DNA from: an uncultured Pseudomonadota bacterium
GTDB taxonomy: Bacteria; Oederibacteriota; Muellerivitia; Muellerivitales; Muellerivitaceae
Assembly: GCA_963836235.1 (NCBI GenBank)
Contig: CAWIIP010000004.1
Coordinates: 160,001 to 224,000 of the forward strand
Length of the DNA: 64,000 nucleotides
Reading direction: 5' to 3'
The notes under the pieces are model-generated. The model had not been told where the DNA came from. It worked only from the letters and a program-made list of their open reading frames with translations, and made no database searches. Positions 37,145-46,751 of the stretch are shown here, piece after piece. Both the position numbers and the translations under genes were made by a program. Within the stretch, counting starts at the first letter, position 1; the number at the start of each line of letters is the position of its first letter.

Positions 37145-37418
37145 CTCAAAAACCTTTTGAACAAAAGGGTTTTTGGTGGTTGTTGGTGAAGGGAAAAGAA
37201 CCGAGCCGTTTTCTTGTAAGCGGCAGGTCACCGGTCCGATTCCGGTCGCCAGCTCCATTTTTAAAAAAACTGTTCCCAGCAAGGTTTTAAAAGCCTTTGC
37301 TTGTAAGGGTTTCACGACCTAAACGGGCAAAGGCTCCTTTTTTTGAATTGATCGTCAATGATCATCAGCGATCCTAAAAACTCATAAAAAAGCAATTCGA
37401 TTGACACGTATATGACAG
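37091..37418. mobile_element. Attachment site with attP-like architecture
   Basis: tRNA core flanked by GACACGAATAAGACAC (37091-37106) and GACACGTATATGACAG (37403-37418), plus 10-bp-period GATC-containing repeats at 37348-37377. Confidence 0.7.
37213..37257 (+). tRNA. 3' half of tRNA-Thr(UGU) (att-site fragment, not a complete tRNA)
   Basis: CTTGTAA anticodon loop, GCGGC, AGGTC, T-stem ACCGG/CCGGT, acceptor strand CGCCAGC-T-CCA; no GCTGGCG 5' strand or D arm upstream. Confidence 0.85.
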
Positions 37419-37526
37419 GAAGATTTATCGAAATTCCTGTGGATATGAACTTGTCAACTTTTGCCGATGGGAATAAAGATAAAGGGTCTTTGGTGTCCCA
37501 TTAATCTTTGAAGAAGTCAAACCGCC

Positions 37527-39371
37527 ATGAATACCGGGAATTTATTCAAGAAGATCGAGAGCCACACCCCCCCTCTCTTAGTCGGTTTTGCCACTTATTC
37601 GGGCCTTAAATTCATCCTAGAGGCCTTTGGGGTAATAGGTGTCTCCGTCAATCCTTTCGACACAATTTCGATCCTTTCCGTGGGTTTTCTCTACATGTTT
37701 GAGAAGCATGTCCGCTTGGACCACCTCTTGGCCTTAGCCCCCGCCGTCATTGCATTAGCATTTTGCCATGACTTTTTCGGGGTGTTGTTGGGGACGGATG
37801 GGTTTACAGGGGATGTAGTAATGGGTATTTCCATCCTCATTGGTTTTTGCGTTTATTTCATCCATTTCACAACGGAAAAAATTGCGGAACAATCGGCGGA
37901 ATCCCCAAAGGAGGAGAAGGGGAAATATCCCCTTTACCTTGATTCCGAGGATAAGTATTTCATCCCAACGGAAATGCTCAAATACCACGCAGAGGTTATT
38001 GGATCTTCCGGCACCGGAAAGACCAACATCTTCAATCACCTAATCGAGCAAGGCATCAAGAATGGGATTGGAATGTTTGTATTTGACGCGAAGTCTAACT
38101 ACAACAAACACATTCCATATTTCGCATCAAAATATGGGAGGCTCCATGACCTGAAATATTTTGATTTAGCCGATGTGAAGAGGAGTCAGACCTATAACCC
38201 TGATTTCAAGGATAAGCCGGACGAGGTTTTCAACGGTCTCATGAAGTCGTTATTTTATGGCCCCGTAAAAGAGGAATATTACAGGGACCAAGCAAGCGAA
38301 GTTTTAAGCAATCTGACAAACCTTCTTTTTAAGGAATTTACCCATGTCACAAGGATGGATTATCAGAACCTGATTTCAAACGAGATCAGATCGTTCAAGA
38401 CAATCCAATGGCTTGCCACGAAATACGAAGACACGGTTTCAGGAAAATACTTTTTAGAAAAATGGATGCACATGTCCGAAAAGGACAGGGAATTAAACCT
38501 ATCCGGCCTGACCAGCAAGCTTTCCAGATTCACCAGCCGGGAATGGTCGCCATTAATCAACACCCTAAATCCAGAGATCAAAATGAGGGACGTAGTCGAA
38601 AAACAGCAGATATTCTTATTTGGCACATCTTCCTTGGTGAACCAGGAGGATTCAAAACCAGTGATTATTTCGGCTTTGGTGGACTTGGCCGGTGTAATTG
38701 GAAGACGCCTTATTGAGAAGCCCCAAAAACCCTTTTTTGTCTTTTTGGACGAGTTCTACACCGCCGCATATCCAGGATTGAATGACCTAATATCCCTTGG
38801 ACGGGAGGCCAATGTTTGCTTTTTCTTGGCCCATCACAGTTTGGGCCAGCTTGGGGCGGTCAGTCAGGAGTTTAAGGACGACATATTAACGAATACGAAC
38901 CACAAGATCGTGATGAACATCACCGAAAAAGATACGGTGGATTTCTTCGCCTCCATATTCGGAACTAAGGTAACGAAAAAGGATGTTTATTCCTTTGATA
39001 CCAGATCAGCCCAGGCGAGGGGTAGGACTGAAAAGCCGGATGAGGAATTCATCATCCATCCCAATTACCTTAGGCTTATGAGGCGCGGGGAAGCTGTCTG
39101 TCGAATCGTTTATGTTACCGGTCCCAGGATATTTAAAATGAAACTCAAAGAAGTCAAAAGCCCTCCTGCCAGCTTTGATTATGTGGGCTGTGTTCCTACT
39201 AGGAACAATCATTTGAAGCCAAATGAATACAACAAGATCGTTGTTCCCAAAGTCGAAACAACCCCGAAATCCAAACCCAAAAAAGAGGGGGATCAGGTTC
39301 CTCCCACCAAATCCGTTCCTGAACCGAAACCCAAAACAAGTGGATTGAGCCACGGAGAAAATGCTTCCTAA
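37527..39371 (+). CDS. Type IV coupling protein (VirD4/TraD-like)
   Basis: N-terminal TM helices, HAEVIGSSGTGKT, VFDAK, TYNP, FLDEF, GREA. Confidence 0.85.
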   Translation: MNTGNLFKKIESHTPPLLVGFATYSGLKFILEAFGVIGVSVNPFDTISILSVGFLYMFEKHVRLDHLLALAPAVIALAFCHDFFGVLLGTDGFTGDVVMGISILIGFCVYFIHFTTEKIAEQSAESPKEEKGKYPLYLDSEDKYFIPTEMLKYHAEVIGSSGTGKTNIFNHLIEQGIKNGIGMFVFDAKSNYNKHIPYFASKYGRLHDLKYFDLADVKRSQTYNPDFKDKPDEVFNGLMKSLFYGPVKEEYYRDQASEVLSNLTNLLFKEFTHVTRMDYQNLISNEIRSFKTIQWLATKYEDTVSGKYFLEKWMHMSEKDRELNLSGLTSKLSRFTSREWSPLINTLNPEIKMRDVVEKQQIFLFGTSSLVNQEDSKPVIISALVDLAGVIGRRLIEKPQKPFFVFLDEFYTAAYPGLNDLISLGREANVCFFLAHHSLGQLGAVSQEFKDDILTNTNHKIVMNITEKDTVDFFASIFGTKVTKKDVYSFDTRSAQARGRTEKPDEEFIIHPNYLRLMRRGEAVCRIVYVTGPRIFKMKLKEVKSPPASFDYVGCVPTRNNHLKPNEYNKIVVPKVETTPKSKPKKEGDQVPPTKSVPEPKPKTSGLSHGENAS

Positions 39372-39389
39372 GAAGGATTAGTAATACTT

Positions 39390-40202
39390 ATGAGCGATTT
39401 TCTTGAGATTAACGAAAACGAAGCCGAACATCTTGCATGGATTCACTCAAATAAATTTACGATTCCCGACGTCTTTCATCAAAAATTTTTTAAGTCAAGT
39501 TACAGGTACGCTTGTCGAGTCCTCAGAAAATATTATCTAAAAAAAGGTTTTCTGAGTATGACAAAAGCAGAAGGGACAACCTTTCAAGATTCAATATATT
39601 TTCTTACGACAAACGCCTTAAGAAGTTTGGATTCCAAAAACAAAATCTTGGTTCGAGGGACAAAATTTCCGATAAAAGTGAATCCTTATGAAAGGCAACA
39701 TGATCTGATGGTTCAGGAGATTAGGGTTGCAATAGAGGCAAGCGAGGACTTATCCGATATATTTTGGGTAACGGATTTTGAAATGCGGTCTGGAATAACC
39801 CCTTCCATTAAAGCCAGATTCGTTGAGGGAAAATTTGACAAAAACGAATGGAGGTCAAATGGTTTGAACCCCAACAGCACTGGCCGTAGAACACCTGATG
39901 GTTATTTCGAAGCGGATTTGGAGGGGCAGAGGGAGGGATTTACCCTTGAGTTTGAACATCATCCTTACGACGACAGAAAATTCAATCGAATGGCATGGTA
40001 TTTAAAACAGTATTTTCCTAATGCTACAAAACTTGTCGTTTCCGCTAGCCGGGAGAATTCAATACGGATGATAAAAGCCCTTCAAACAAAAATTAAAAGC
40101 GGGGAACAAGATAAGTGGTTTGTTACGGATTTTGAAAAAATTAAAACACTACCATTCAAGAAAATATGGCATCAACTTAACCATCCATTGGAGAAAGTGT
40201 AA
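39390..40202 (+). CDS. Replication-relaxation (Replic_Relax-like) family protein, putative relaxase
   Basis: wHTH-like N-terminus, HDLMVQEI, PDGYF, LEFE; directly after the coupling protein. Confidence 0.7.
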   Translation: MSDFLEINENEAEHLAWIHSNKFTIPDVFHQKFFKSSYRYACRVLRKYYLKKGFLSMTKAEGTTFQDSIYFLTTNALRSLDSKNKILVRGTKFPIKVNPYERQHDLMVQEIRVAIEASEDLSDIFWVTDFEMRSGITPSIKARFVEGKFDKNEWRSNGLNPNSTGRRTPDGYFEADLEGQREGFTLEFEHHPYDDRKFNRMAWYLKQYFPNATKLVVSASRENSIRMIKALQTKIKSGEQDKWFVTDFEKIKTLPFKKIWHQLNHPLEKV

Positions 40203-40206
40203 CGGT

Positions 40207-40941
40207 TTAATCTTTATCCCTTTTTATAAAAGCTATGCTTTCAAAAAGTCTAGAGGCGTAGGCGTCTGCTGGAATTTTTACCCATGCTGGATTTATTTTA
40301 AGAATCCATAAAAAAATCAAAATGAGATCAAAAATAAATAAACCGGTTGTAATTTCTTTAATTGCAATTCCCCCACGTAAGTTTAAAGTTATTTCGAATA
40401 GTTGAAAAAAAGAAAGAGAAAATAGTATAAAAAGTGCAAAAGGTTTCATGGCCCACAGGTTCCGACGAAACCCATAACTCACGTTTTCTGTAAAGAGGAT
40501 CGAGAACTTTTTGGTGTCCCTGGTTCTTTCGATGAGGAAACGACAGAAGCTTTCGTAAATTTCATCTGCAAGTTGTGGATTCTTATTTTCAAAAGCTTTT
40601 GTTAATTTTTTTCTAATTTTTAGGTTTTTAGAGAGTTCAGTTAAATATCGTTTGTGTGTTATGGGGTCTAGCCATGTGTTTCGGAATCTTAGAATGGATA
40701 TACTTGGTTTTCCGGCCCACCTCTTAAATAACCAAGCTTCTTTTCGCTTTCCAGCATCGCGACCCGCTTCCCCTAAAAAGTGAATAATTCCGAATGAGGT
40801 AAGTATGGAGATAATGGATTTACGTTCAATCCAAAGCTCTGGGAACCTAATAATTAAAAAAAGGATTATGGGAAATAAAACAATAAGGGAGGCCAAAAAC
40901 CTAGCTTTATAGGCATAAAAGGCACTTGAAACAGTTGTCAT
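40207..40941 (-). CDS. Four-TM membrane protein, putative defence effector
   Basis: 2+2 TM helices flanking a soluble region with ENVSYGFRRNL; divergent from the MBL-E2/E1-JAB operon. Confidence 0.55.
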   Translation of the reverse strand: MTTVSSAFYAYKARFLASLIVLFPIILFLIIRFPELWIERKSIISILTSFGIIHFLGEAGRDAGKRKEAWLFKRWAGKPSISILRFRNTWLDPITHKRYLTELSKNLKIRKKLTKAFENKNPQLADEIYESFCRFLIERTRDTKKFSILFTENVSYGFRRNLWAMKPFALFILFSLSFFQLFEITLNLRGGIAIKEITTGLFIFDLILIFLWILKINPAWVKIPADAYASRLFESIAFIKRDKD

Positions 40942-41017
40942 TAGAACCTATTTTCATTGGGGTAAAAAATTAAAGGCGACAAACCTATACCATAATATAA
41001 CCATTTAAGGAGTATGT

Positions 41018-42097
41018 ATGCGTAGCATCACTTTTTTCCAGGCTGGCAATGGGAATTTTTCGCTTGTCCAAGCTGATAACACAAACATTTTGATGGATAT
41101 GAAAAGCACCGAAGATAAGACCTCTTGGGAAATTGTGAAACCGTTTTTAAAGAAAGATGGAAAAAAATACATTTTGGACGTTCTTTCCGTATCGCATGGG
41201 GACCAGGACCATTGTGGTGGCTATACAGAGTTTCAAAAGTTAATGGATGAAGGAAAACTAGTAATCGGTTCTATTTGGCACCCCGACTATGACCGCACTG
41301 AAGTTTCTGAAGAAGAAGAATTGCCTGAGGATTATCTTATGCTCCATAAAGAAATACTTCGGCGTCAAAAAATCAAAAATCCTCAATTTGGGGAAATCCA
41401 AATACCTTTAACAACATTAGATGACGAAAAATCAGCTTTTAACGGTTTACAATTGCCCACTGATTTAAAACTGAAGGTTTTAAATCCTCATCATAAAGAC
41501 CAAGGTGATACTGAGTGGGACGTAAATGATTCAAGTCTAGTAATAAAATTATCCATTTCCGGCTTAAGAGTTTTATTTACTGGGGATTCGAGTTCGGAAG
41601 TTTGGCAAACAAGAATTATTCCTCTGACATTAAAGAAAAACGATAAATCAGATTGGGCAGAAGCTCAAATTTTAGTTGCATCACATCATGGTTCTGCTAC
41701 TTTTTTTGGCGTCGATAGAGAAACTGTTCTTAATGCCAAACCAACTCCTGAAAATTACAAGGCACTAGATTATATTAAACCTGAATTTTTGGTTCTTTCT
41801 GCATCGACAAAATTTCCGACGAGTGGGGATGAATCTGGAGATCTACCCCCTCACTATGCGGCTTGGAAGTGGTATCACAAATGGTTTAGAGAAAATAAGA
41901 ATGTTAAGGAAAGCGATAACCATCCCGATTTGTTCAAATATACGGCTAATGGGCACGTTCGTTTGCAATTGGGCGACGATAAAGAATGGAGATTTAAAGA
42001 AAATTGGACGCCTGATGATGATCCTGATAAAGGTAGCGATGTCCATTTTACAAATAAAGGCGGGGGAACTAAGCGCCAAGAATCAGGGTATGCGTGA
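41018..42097 (+). CDS. ComEC/Rec2-like metallo-beta-lactamase-fold hydrolase
   Basis: SHGDQDHCGG, NDSSLV, LFTGD, ASHHGS. Confidence 0.85.
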   Translation: MRSITFFQAGNGNFSLVQADNTNILMDMKSTEDKTSWEIVKPFLKKDGKKYILDVLSVSHGDQDHCGGYTEFQKLMDEGKLVIGSIWHPDYDRTEVSEEEELPEDYLMLHKEILRRQKIKNPQFGEIQIPLTTLDDEKSAFNGLQLPTDLKLKVLNPHHKDQGDTEWDVNDSSLVIKLSISGLRVLFTGDSSSEVWQTRIIPLTLKKNDKSDWAEAQILVASHHGSATFFGVDRETVLNAKPTPENYKALDYIKPEFLVLSASTKFPTSGDESGDLPPHYAAWKWYHKWFRENKNVKESDNHPDLFKYTANGHVRLQLGDDKEWRFKENWTPDDDPDKGSDVHFTNKGGGTKRQESGYA

Positions 42098-42105
42098 ATT
42101 GAATA

Positions 42106-43914
42106 ATGACTTCTTTCCCTCCCGGCCTTTCAGAGGCAATTCAAAAAGGTTTATTAAAAGCTGCTTCAACACAATGTTGTGAATTTATTTCTGAAATTCG
42201 GCCTTCGACTAATGAGGGCTATTTTGAAATAGAAGCCATAATTGGTCCTGCGGATGTACCTCTAGGTTCTAGCCCACCAAAATATAAGGTCCGTTTTTTA
42301 ATACCAAAATCCTTCCCATATGACGTAATAGAGACCGTTCCCTTAGACCCAGCGTTAAAGTGGAACCAGCACCAATTTGCTGATGGAGATTATTCAAGGG
42401 CGAATATTATTTGTCCCCCGTCATTAAATAATATACCTGCTGAAGCATTATTCTTCCCTTATATCGAACATGCCTATAGATGGATTACTGATTGTTTATC
42501 GGGGACGCTCATAAAACCATTGGAAGATTATGAATTTCCGCATTTGGGGGAGGAGCCTAGAGGCAACTTCAATTTTTATATTGATATAGACAATTTTCCC
42601 CATTCATGGATTTCAAAAAATAAATTTGGTATGGCCTGGACCACTGAAATAAACGGAAGTAAATCAGGAAAGCTTTATCGTGTAAGGGAACTTGAGGCAA
42701 TAAACCCGCTTGAAGGCCCCAAAAACATAGAATCCAGCATACGAGACAATTGTTTTGTTAACGGGGAAACAAAGGGTTGGATTCCATGGATTTTCGGTGG
42801 CAATCCAGTCTTTAAAGTTCCACATCAACGTTTTCAAAAGCTTTCGGAATTTAGCTTAGAGTTTAGAGATGAATTTTTAAATGCTTGTAAAAATGTAATG
42901 GAAAAACAGTTTACTTTGCCGTATTTACTTTTAGCGTTTGAGATCCCACTTAAATGGTCGGGTACACCAAACAGAATATATTGGACTGCAATGAGTTTGA
43001 AGAAATTTAATGGTTCTTCATTTAAGTGTCCTCCGGGTTTTCGTCCGAAGACCTCTGATTTCAAAACGTGGCCTAATGTTACTCAATTTTTTAGAGAAAA
43101 CAATCCATTGTTACTAAACCATTGCGAAGATATTTCTCCTAACACAATGACATTGAGGAGCGGAGAAGAAAACGTGGATATGAAGTCGAAAAAAATTGTT
43201 ATTGTGGGTGTTGGTTCGCTTGGTTCAATGTTAACAAAATCGATCTCGAAATTAAGCCCGGCTAAAATCAAATTGATTGACAGTGGAAGGATTGAACCGG
43301 GTAATTTAATTCGGCACGAGGCATTAACTTCTCAAGTCGAGGAATTTAAAGCTGATGCAATGAGAATGTTAATAAAACCAATGTTTAAATCCTCTGAGGT
43401 GGTTTCCCTCGCGATTGATATTGTTTCTGGTTTGCCAAAATTTATTGAAGCTATTGCTGATACTGACTTAATACTTGATTGTACTGGAGACGCTGGTTCA
43501 AATTATATGTTGCTAAGTAATTCAAAATTTTTGACTCACAAAGTAGCAATCGCATTTATTAAACCCGGACCTGCTTTTGGGGTTTTAATTTTGAAAAACC
43601 CCGGCCTTAATATTTCTCCCCGCGCCTGTATTGATAAACTTAAAGAAGGAATTCCGGCAGATGTTTGGGAAAGATATAACAGTTCAGATTCTACGGAAAG
43701 CCAAGAAGTAAGAACTGCACCTGGTTGCTATTCAACTACCTTTTCCGCCCCTTATTATAGAATTAGATTGTTGGCCGATATGTTTCTTGCATCTATTCTT
43801 GGATGGTTGAATGGGGGAGCTTCCTCTAGTTTTATTTTATTGTTTGACCAAGTTGTTTCCGAAAGTGGATTAGGCGTAGATATTAAACGCTATGAAGTAA
43901 AAATTAATGATTGA
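42106..43914 (+). CDS. E2-E1 (ThiF) fusion, Cap2-like conjugation enzyme
   Basis: N-terminal E2-like FLIPKSFPY...HQ...IICPP; C-terminal GVGSLGS, D-SGRIEPGNLIRH, LDCTGD, PGCYSTTF. Confidence 0.82.
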   Translation: MTSFPPGLSEAIQKGLLKAASTQCCEFISEIRPSTNEGYFEIEAIIGPADVPLGSSPPKYKVRFLIPKSFPYDVIETVPLDPALKWNQHQFADGDYSRANIICPPSLNNIPAEALFFPYIEHAYRWITDCLSGTLIKPLEDYEFPHLGEEPRGNFNFYIDIDNFPHSWISKNKFGMAWTTEINGSKSGKLYRVRELEAINPLEGPKNIESSIRDNCFVNGETKGWIPWIFGGNPVFKVPHQRFQKLSEFSLEFRDEFLNACKNVMEKQFTLPYLLLAFEIPLKWSGTPNRIYWTAMSLKKFNGSSFKCPPGFRPKTSDFKTWPNVTQFFRENNPLLLNHCEDISPNTMTLRSGEENVDMKSKKIVIVGVGSLGSMLTKSISKLSPAKIKLIDSGRIEPGNLIRHEALTSQVEEFKADAMRMLIKPMFKSSEVVSLAIDIVSGLPKFIEAIADTDLILDCTGDAGSNYMLLSNSKFLTHKVAIAFIKPGPAFGVLILKNPGLNISPRACIDKLKEGIPADVWERYNSSDSTESQEVRTAPGCYSTTFSAPYYRIRLLADMFLASILGWLNGGASSSFILLFDQVVSESGLGVDIKRYEVKIND

Positions 43915-44503
43915 AAAACCAAGTAGCAATTACAGTTTTAATTTTAAAACAGGCAGTCTCGAAGTGCATTTATCAAATTCTTTAATAGGTCAGCTAAGTC
44001 GTTTATCGAAATCCGCTTTGCCTAATGAAACTGGCGGAACTCTTCTGGGCTATTACAATGATTCAATGAAGATTGCAAATATTACTGAAATTTTGAAATC
44101 TGCCGGAAAACCCAAATCAACTCCAACTTCTTTTATTAGGCCAAGTGATACCAAGGAAACTGAGTCAAATAGAAGAATTTTGGCTTCACGTGGGCGTCTT
44201 TTTTATTTAGGCGAATGGCATTCACATCCAAAAGGGCCACCTTATCCAAGCCCTAATGATTTAATGTCTTGCTTTGAATTAGTTAAATATTCCAGAGTCC
44301 CGACCGAAACACCAATAATGCTTATAATTGGAAATGATCTGTCTGCTAATGTAAACAATATGGCTTGCTGTCTATTGGTGGCGAAAAAAGGCGCATGCGA
44401 AATTCAAAGAGCAGAAAGAATAAACGAACCGATACCACTTAAGAACCAAAGAAAACTTCGATTATTTACCAACGTAAAACTGCGAAAAAAATTGCATCTT
44501 TAA
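43907..44503 (+). CDS. JAB/Mov34 isopeptidase, Cap3-like
   Basis: PNETGG, YLGEWHSHP, PSPND. Confidence 0.88.
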   Translation: MIEKPSSNYSFNFKTGSLEVHLSNSLIGQLSRLSKSALPNETGGTLLGYYNDSMKIANITEILKSAGKPKSTPTSFIRPSDTKETESNRRILASRGRLFYLGEWHSHPKGPPYPSPNDLMSCFELVKYSRVPTETPIMLIIGNDLSANVNNMACCLLVAKKGACEIQRAERINEPIPLKNQRKLRLFTNVKLRKKLHL

Positions 44504-44548
44504 TCGAATAAGAATTAGAACCAAGTACGATTACGGGAGGTGTAAGGA

Positions 44549-45238
44549 ATGTGCGTTTGTTACCAGCTAAACCTTCCCATTAAAAACATCGCAAAGGCCT
44601 TCAAGGCAAAACCGCCCAAAGTGACCTGGAATCCCTTGGACAAAATCCGGCCTTCCAACCTGGTTCCCGTGGTTATGGTTAATCCTCCAACAGGGGAGAG
44701 GGTTATTAAGCTAATGACGTGGGGAATGCCTTTTTACGATTTTCAAAAAAAGAAATTGGTTAAGCACCACCTCTTTAACGCTAGGTCCGAAACCATCACC
44801 GAAAAGAAAACCTTCAAAAGCCACTTCCAAAAGGACCGTATCTTGGTTCCGGTTTTTCCCGCCTTTGTTGAATGGCAGGACACCGGAGAAAAGCGAAAGA
44901 AGCCTTATGTGATTGGCCTAAAATCGAATGAGCCCTTTGCTTTTGCGGGTATATGGGGGAAATGGAACATGACCATCGAGGACGACGAAACCATCGAAAA
45001 GAAGTTGAAGGCAAATCCCAAGTATGTCCCGAAAAAAGAGGAAATCGAGTATTACTCAGTTATCACGACAACCCCAAACGAAGTAGTGGCTCCTATTCAC
45101 AACCGTATGCCTTGCATTCTGGACTCCCGGAACTACGATGCTTGGTTGGACCCCAAAATTGACCCGGAGATACTCAGACCCCTTTTGAAGCCCTTCCCAG
45201 CCGAGAAGATGCAAGCTAAACCAACGGGGAAAACCTAA
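44549..45238 (+). CDS. SOS response-associated peptidase (SRAP/YedK/HMCES family)
   Basis: N-terminal Met-Cys, NARSET, FVEW, FAFAGIW, IHNRMP. Confidence 0.88.
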   Translation: MCVCYQLNLPIKNIAKAFKAKPPKVTWNPLDKIRPSNLVPVVMVNPPTGERVIKLMTWGMPFYDFQKKKLVKHHLFNARSETITEKKTFKSHFQKDRILVPVFPAFVEWQDTGEKRKKPYVIGLKSNEPFAFAGIWGKWNMTIEDDETIEKKLKANPKYVPKKEEIEYYSVITTTPNEVVAPIHNRMPCILDSRNYDAWLDPKIDPEILRPLLKPFPAEKMQAKPTGKT

Positions 45239-45275
45239 AAAAAGAATATTCGATTTATAGAGAAAGCTTTATTTT

Positions 45276-45584
45276 ATGAAGAAAAAAAGTTCCTCCCAAA
45301 AAGATCTATTCAATCAAGAACCAGAAAATCCCGATATGGTTCGTTTTATTAAACGAGATCGTAAATGGTCCCGTGAAATTCGTGAGTTGATTGCCACCAC
45401 ATCTTGTCCTCATTGTGGTTCTCGAAAAATCACTTACTTTGAATGGGGCCAAGGCGGTTTTGGACCAGAACACGATAAGCTGGTAGCGGAAGACCTTCTC
45501 ATCCAGAGGGGTTGCATCATGCAGAAGGATGAACCGGAATTTACCTGCCGCGATTGCAAAAAGAATTTCTCTAAAAATCCTTGA
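45276..45584 (+). CDS. Small Zn-ribbon protein
   Basis: CPHC ... GC ... CRDC. Confidence 0.6.
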   Translation: MKKKSSSQKDLFNQEPENPDMVRFIKRDRKWSREIRELIATTSCPHCGSRKITYFEWGQGGFGPEHDKLVAEDLLIQRGCIMQKDEPEFTCRDCKKNFSKNP

Positions 45585-45593
45585 AGTAGGCGT

Positions 45594-46419
45594 TTGAATA
45601 TGAAAATGAAATTTGCTCTCGTAAATGAAGAACGATTGGAGCCCCAGCCGGGCCTCAAAGGTAAGTGTTTCCTTTGTGAAAAACCCGTAGTTGCGAAGTG
45701 CGGAAAGATTAGGATTCCGCATTGGGCTCACCTTGGAAAGCTCGAATGTGACCCCTGGTGGAAGAACAAAACTGATTGGCATATTGATTGGCAAAATAAA
45801 TTTCCTAAGTCTTGGCAGGAATTTGTTCACCAAGCCACAAACGGTGAAAAACACTTTGCTGATGTAAAAACAGACCAAGGTTGGGTTCTTGAATTCCAAC
45901 ATTCCTTCATCAAACCGGACGAAAGAAATTCACGAAATAACTTTTACCCAAAAATAGTTTGGGTTGTAAACGGAATGAGGCGGAAGAATGACCTAAAGAA
46001 ATTTTTTGAAGTTGTAAAAAATAATGGTAAACAACTCAACCCAAAGGCACCAATATTGAAGTTAATGGGTTACTGGGATGAGTCTGCTCTTCTTCGTGAC
46101 TGGGCGGATAGTCCTGTGCCAGTATTCTTTGATTTCGGAGGAACTTCAGACCTTTGTTATTTACTTCCCAAGAGTGCCGATGGATTTCCTGATGTTGTAT
46201 GGTTCCCACGAACGTACTTCCTTGAACTATTTCTGAATGGGGCACAGAAAGTCAAAGATATGAACTTTTGGTTTTCGGATTTTATATCGGGCAATTAGGC
46301 AAAACCGCAGCCCCAAACACCAAGCCAACCTCCTCCTCAAGTACAAATTGATCCCAACAGCCTTCAAGCTTACGTTCAACGTAAAATAGCCAGGGAGAAT
46401 TGATTTCGGAGACGATTTT
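45594..46419 (+). pseudogene. CoiA-like nuclease copy 2, C-terminal tail interrupted by in-frame TAG and TGA
   Basis: Close paralog of 6723-7514 (ADVKTDQGWVLEFQHSF identical); ORF stops at TAG 46296-46298 but the frame continues AKPQPQ...REN*FRRRF*, ending like copy 1 (RRRF). The nuclease core is intact, so it may still be functional. Confidence 0.65.
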
Positions 46420-46751
46420 AAGGGGCTTAACGCGAAAATATGCTGACCGCAGCGACAGTCTGGGTAGGTAAGTATCCCTTGGCTAAGGACGAGGAACAGT
46501 ACAAAGACCAATCAGCAGAGTTAGTATTTATTACTGGTCGCAGTGTATGGCCGTACCGAATCAGTGAAGTGGTAGAAGCTTTTTGGGATCAAACTTATGA
46601 AGGAGCTGTTAGCACCATCCCTGTTCCACTGATAGTTTGAAGCTGTTTCTGCACTTCGAAGCCCGAAATTGTAAGCAATAAACCCCGAACGATGGCTCTG
46701 GTGAGATAATAGAGTGCTTTTATACTAGGGAGATATATTCGGCGGTAAGTC

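Noticed and set aside
37180-37257. Complete tRNA-Thr gene
   Set aside because: No 5' acceptor strand or D arm; only the 3' half is present.
41018-44503. A second CBASS
   Set aside because: Cap2- and Cap3-like genes are present but there is no CD-NTase motif in the cassette.
45594-46419. Stop-codon reassignment in the host
   Set aside because: TAG and TGA end many other genes normally in this window; local nonsense mutation is simpler.
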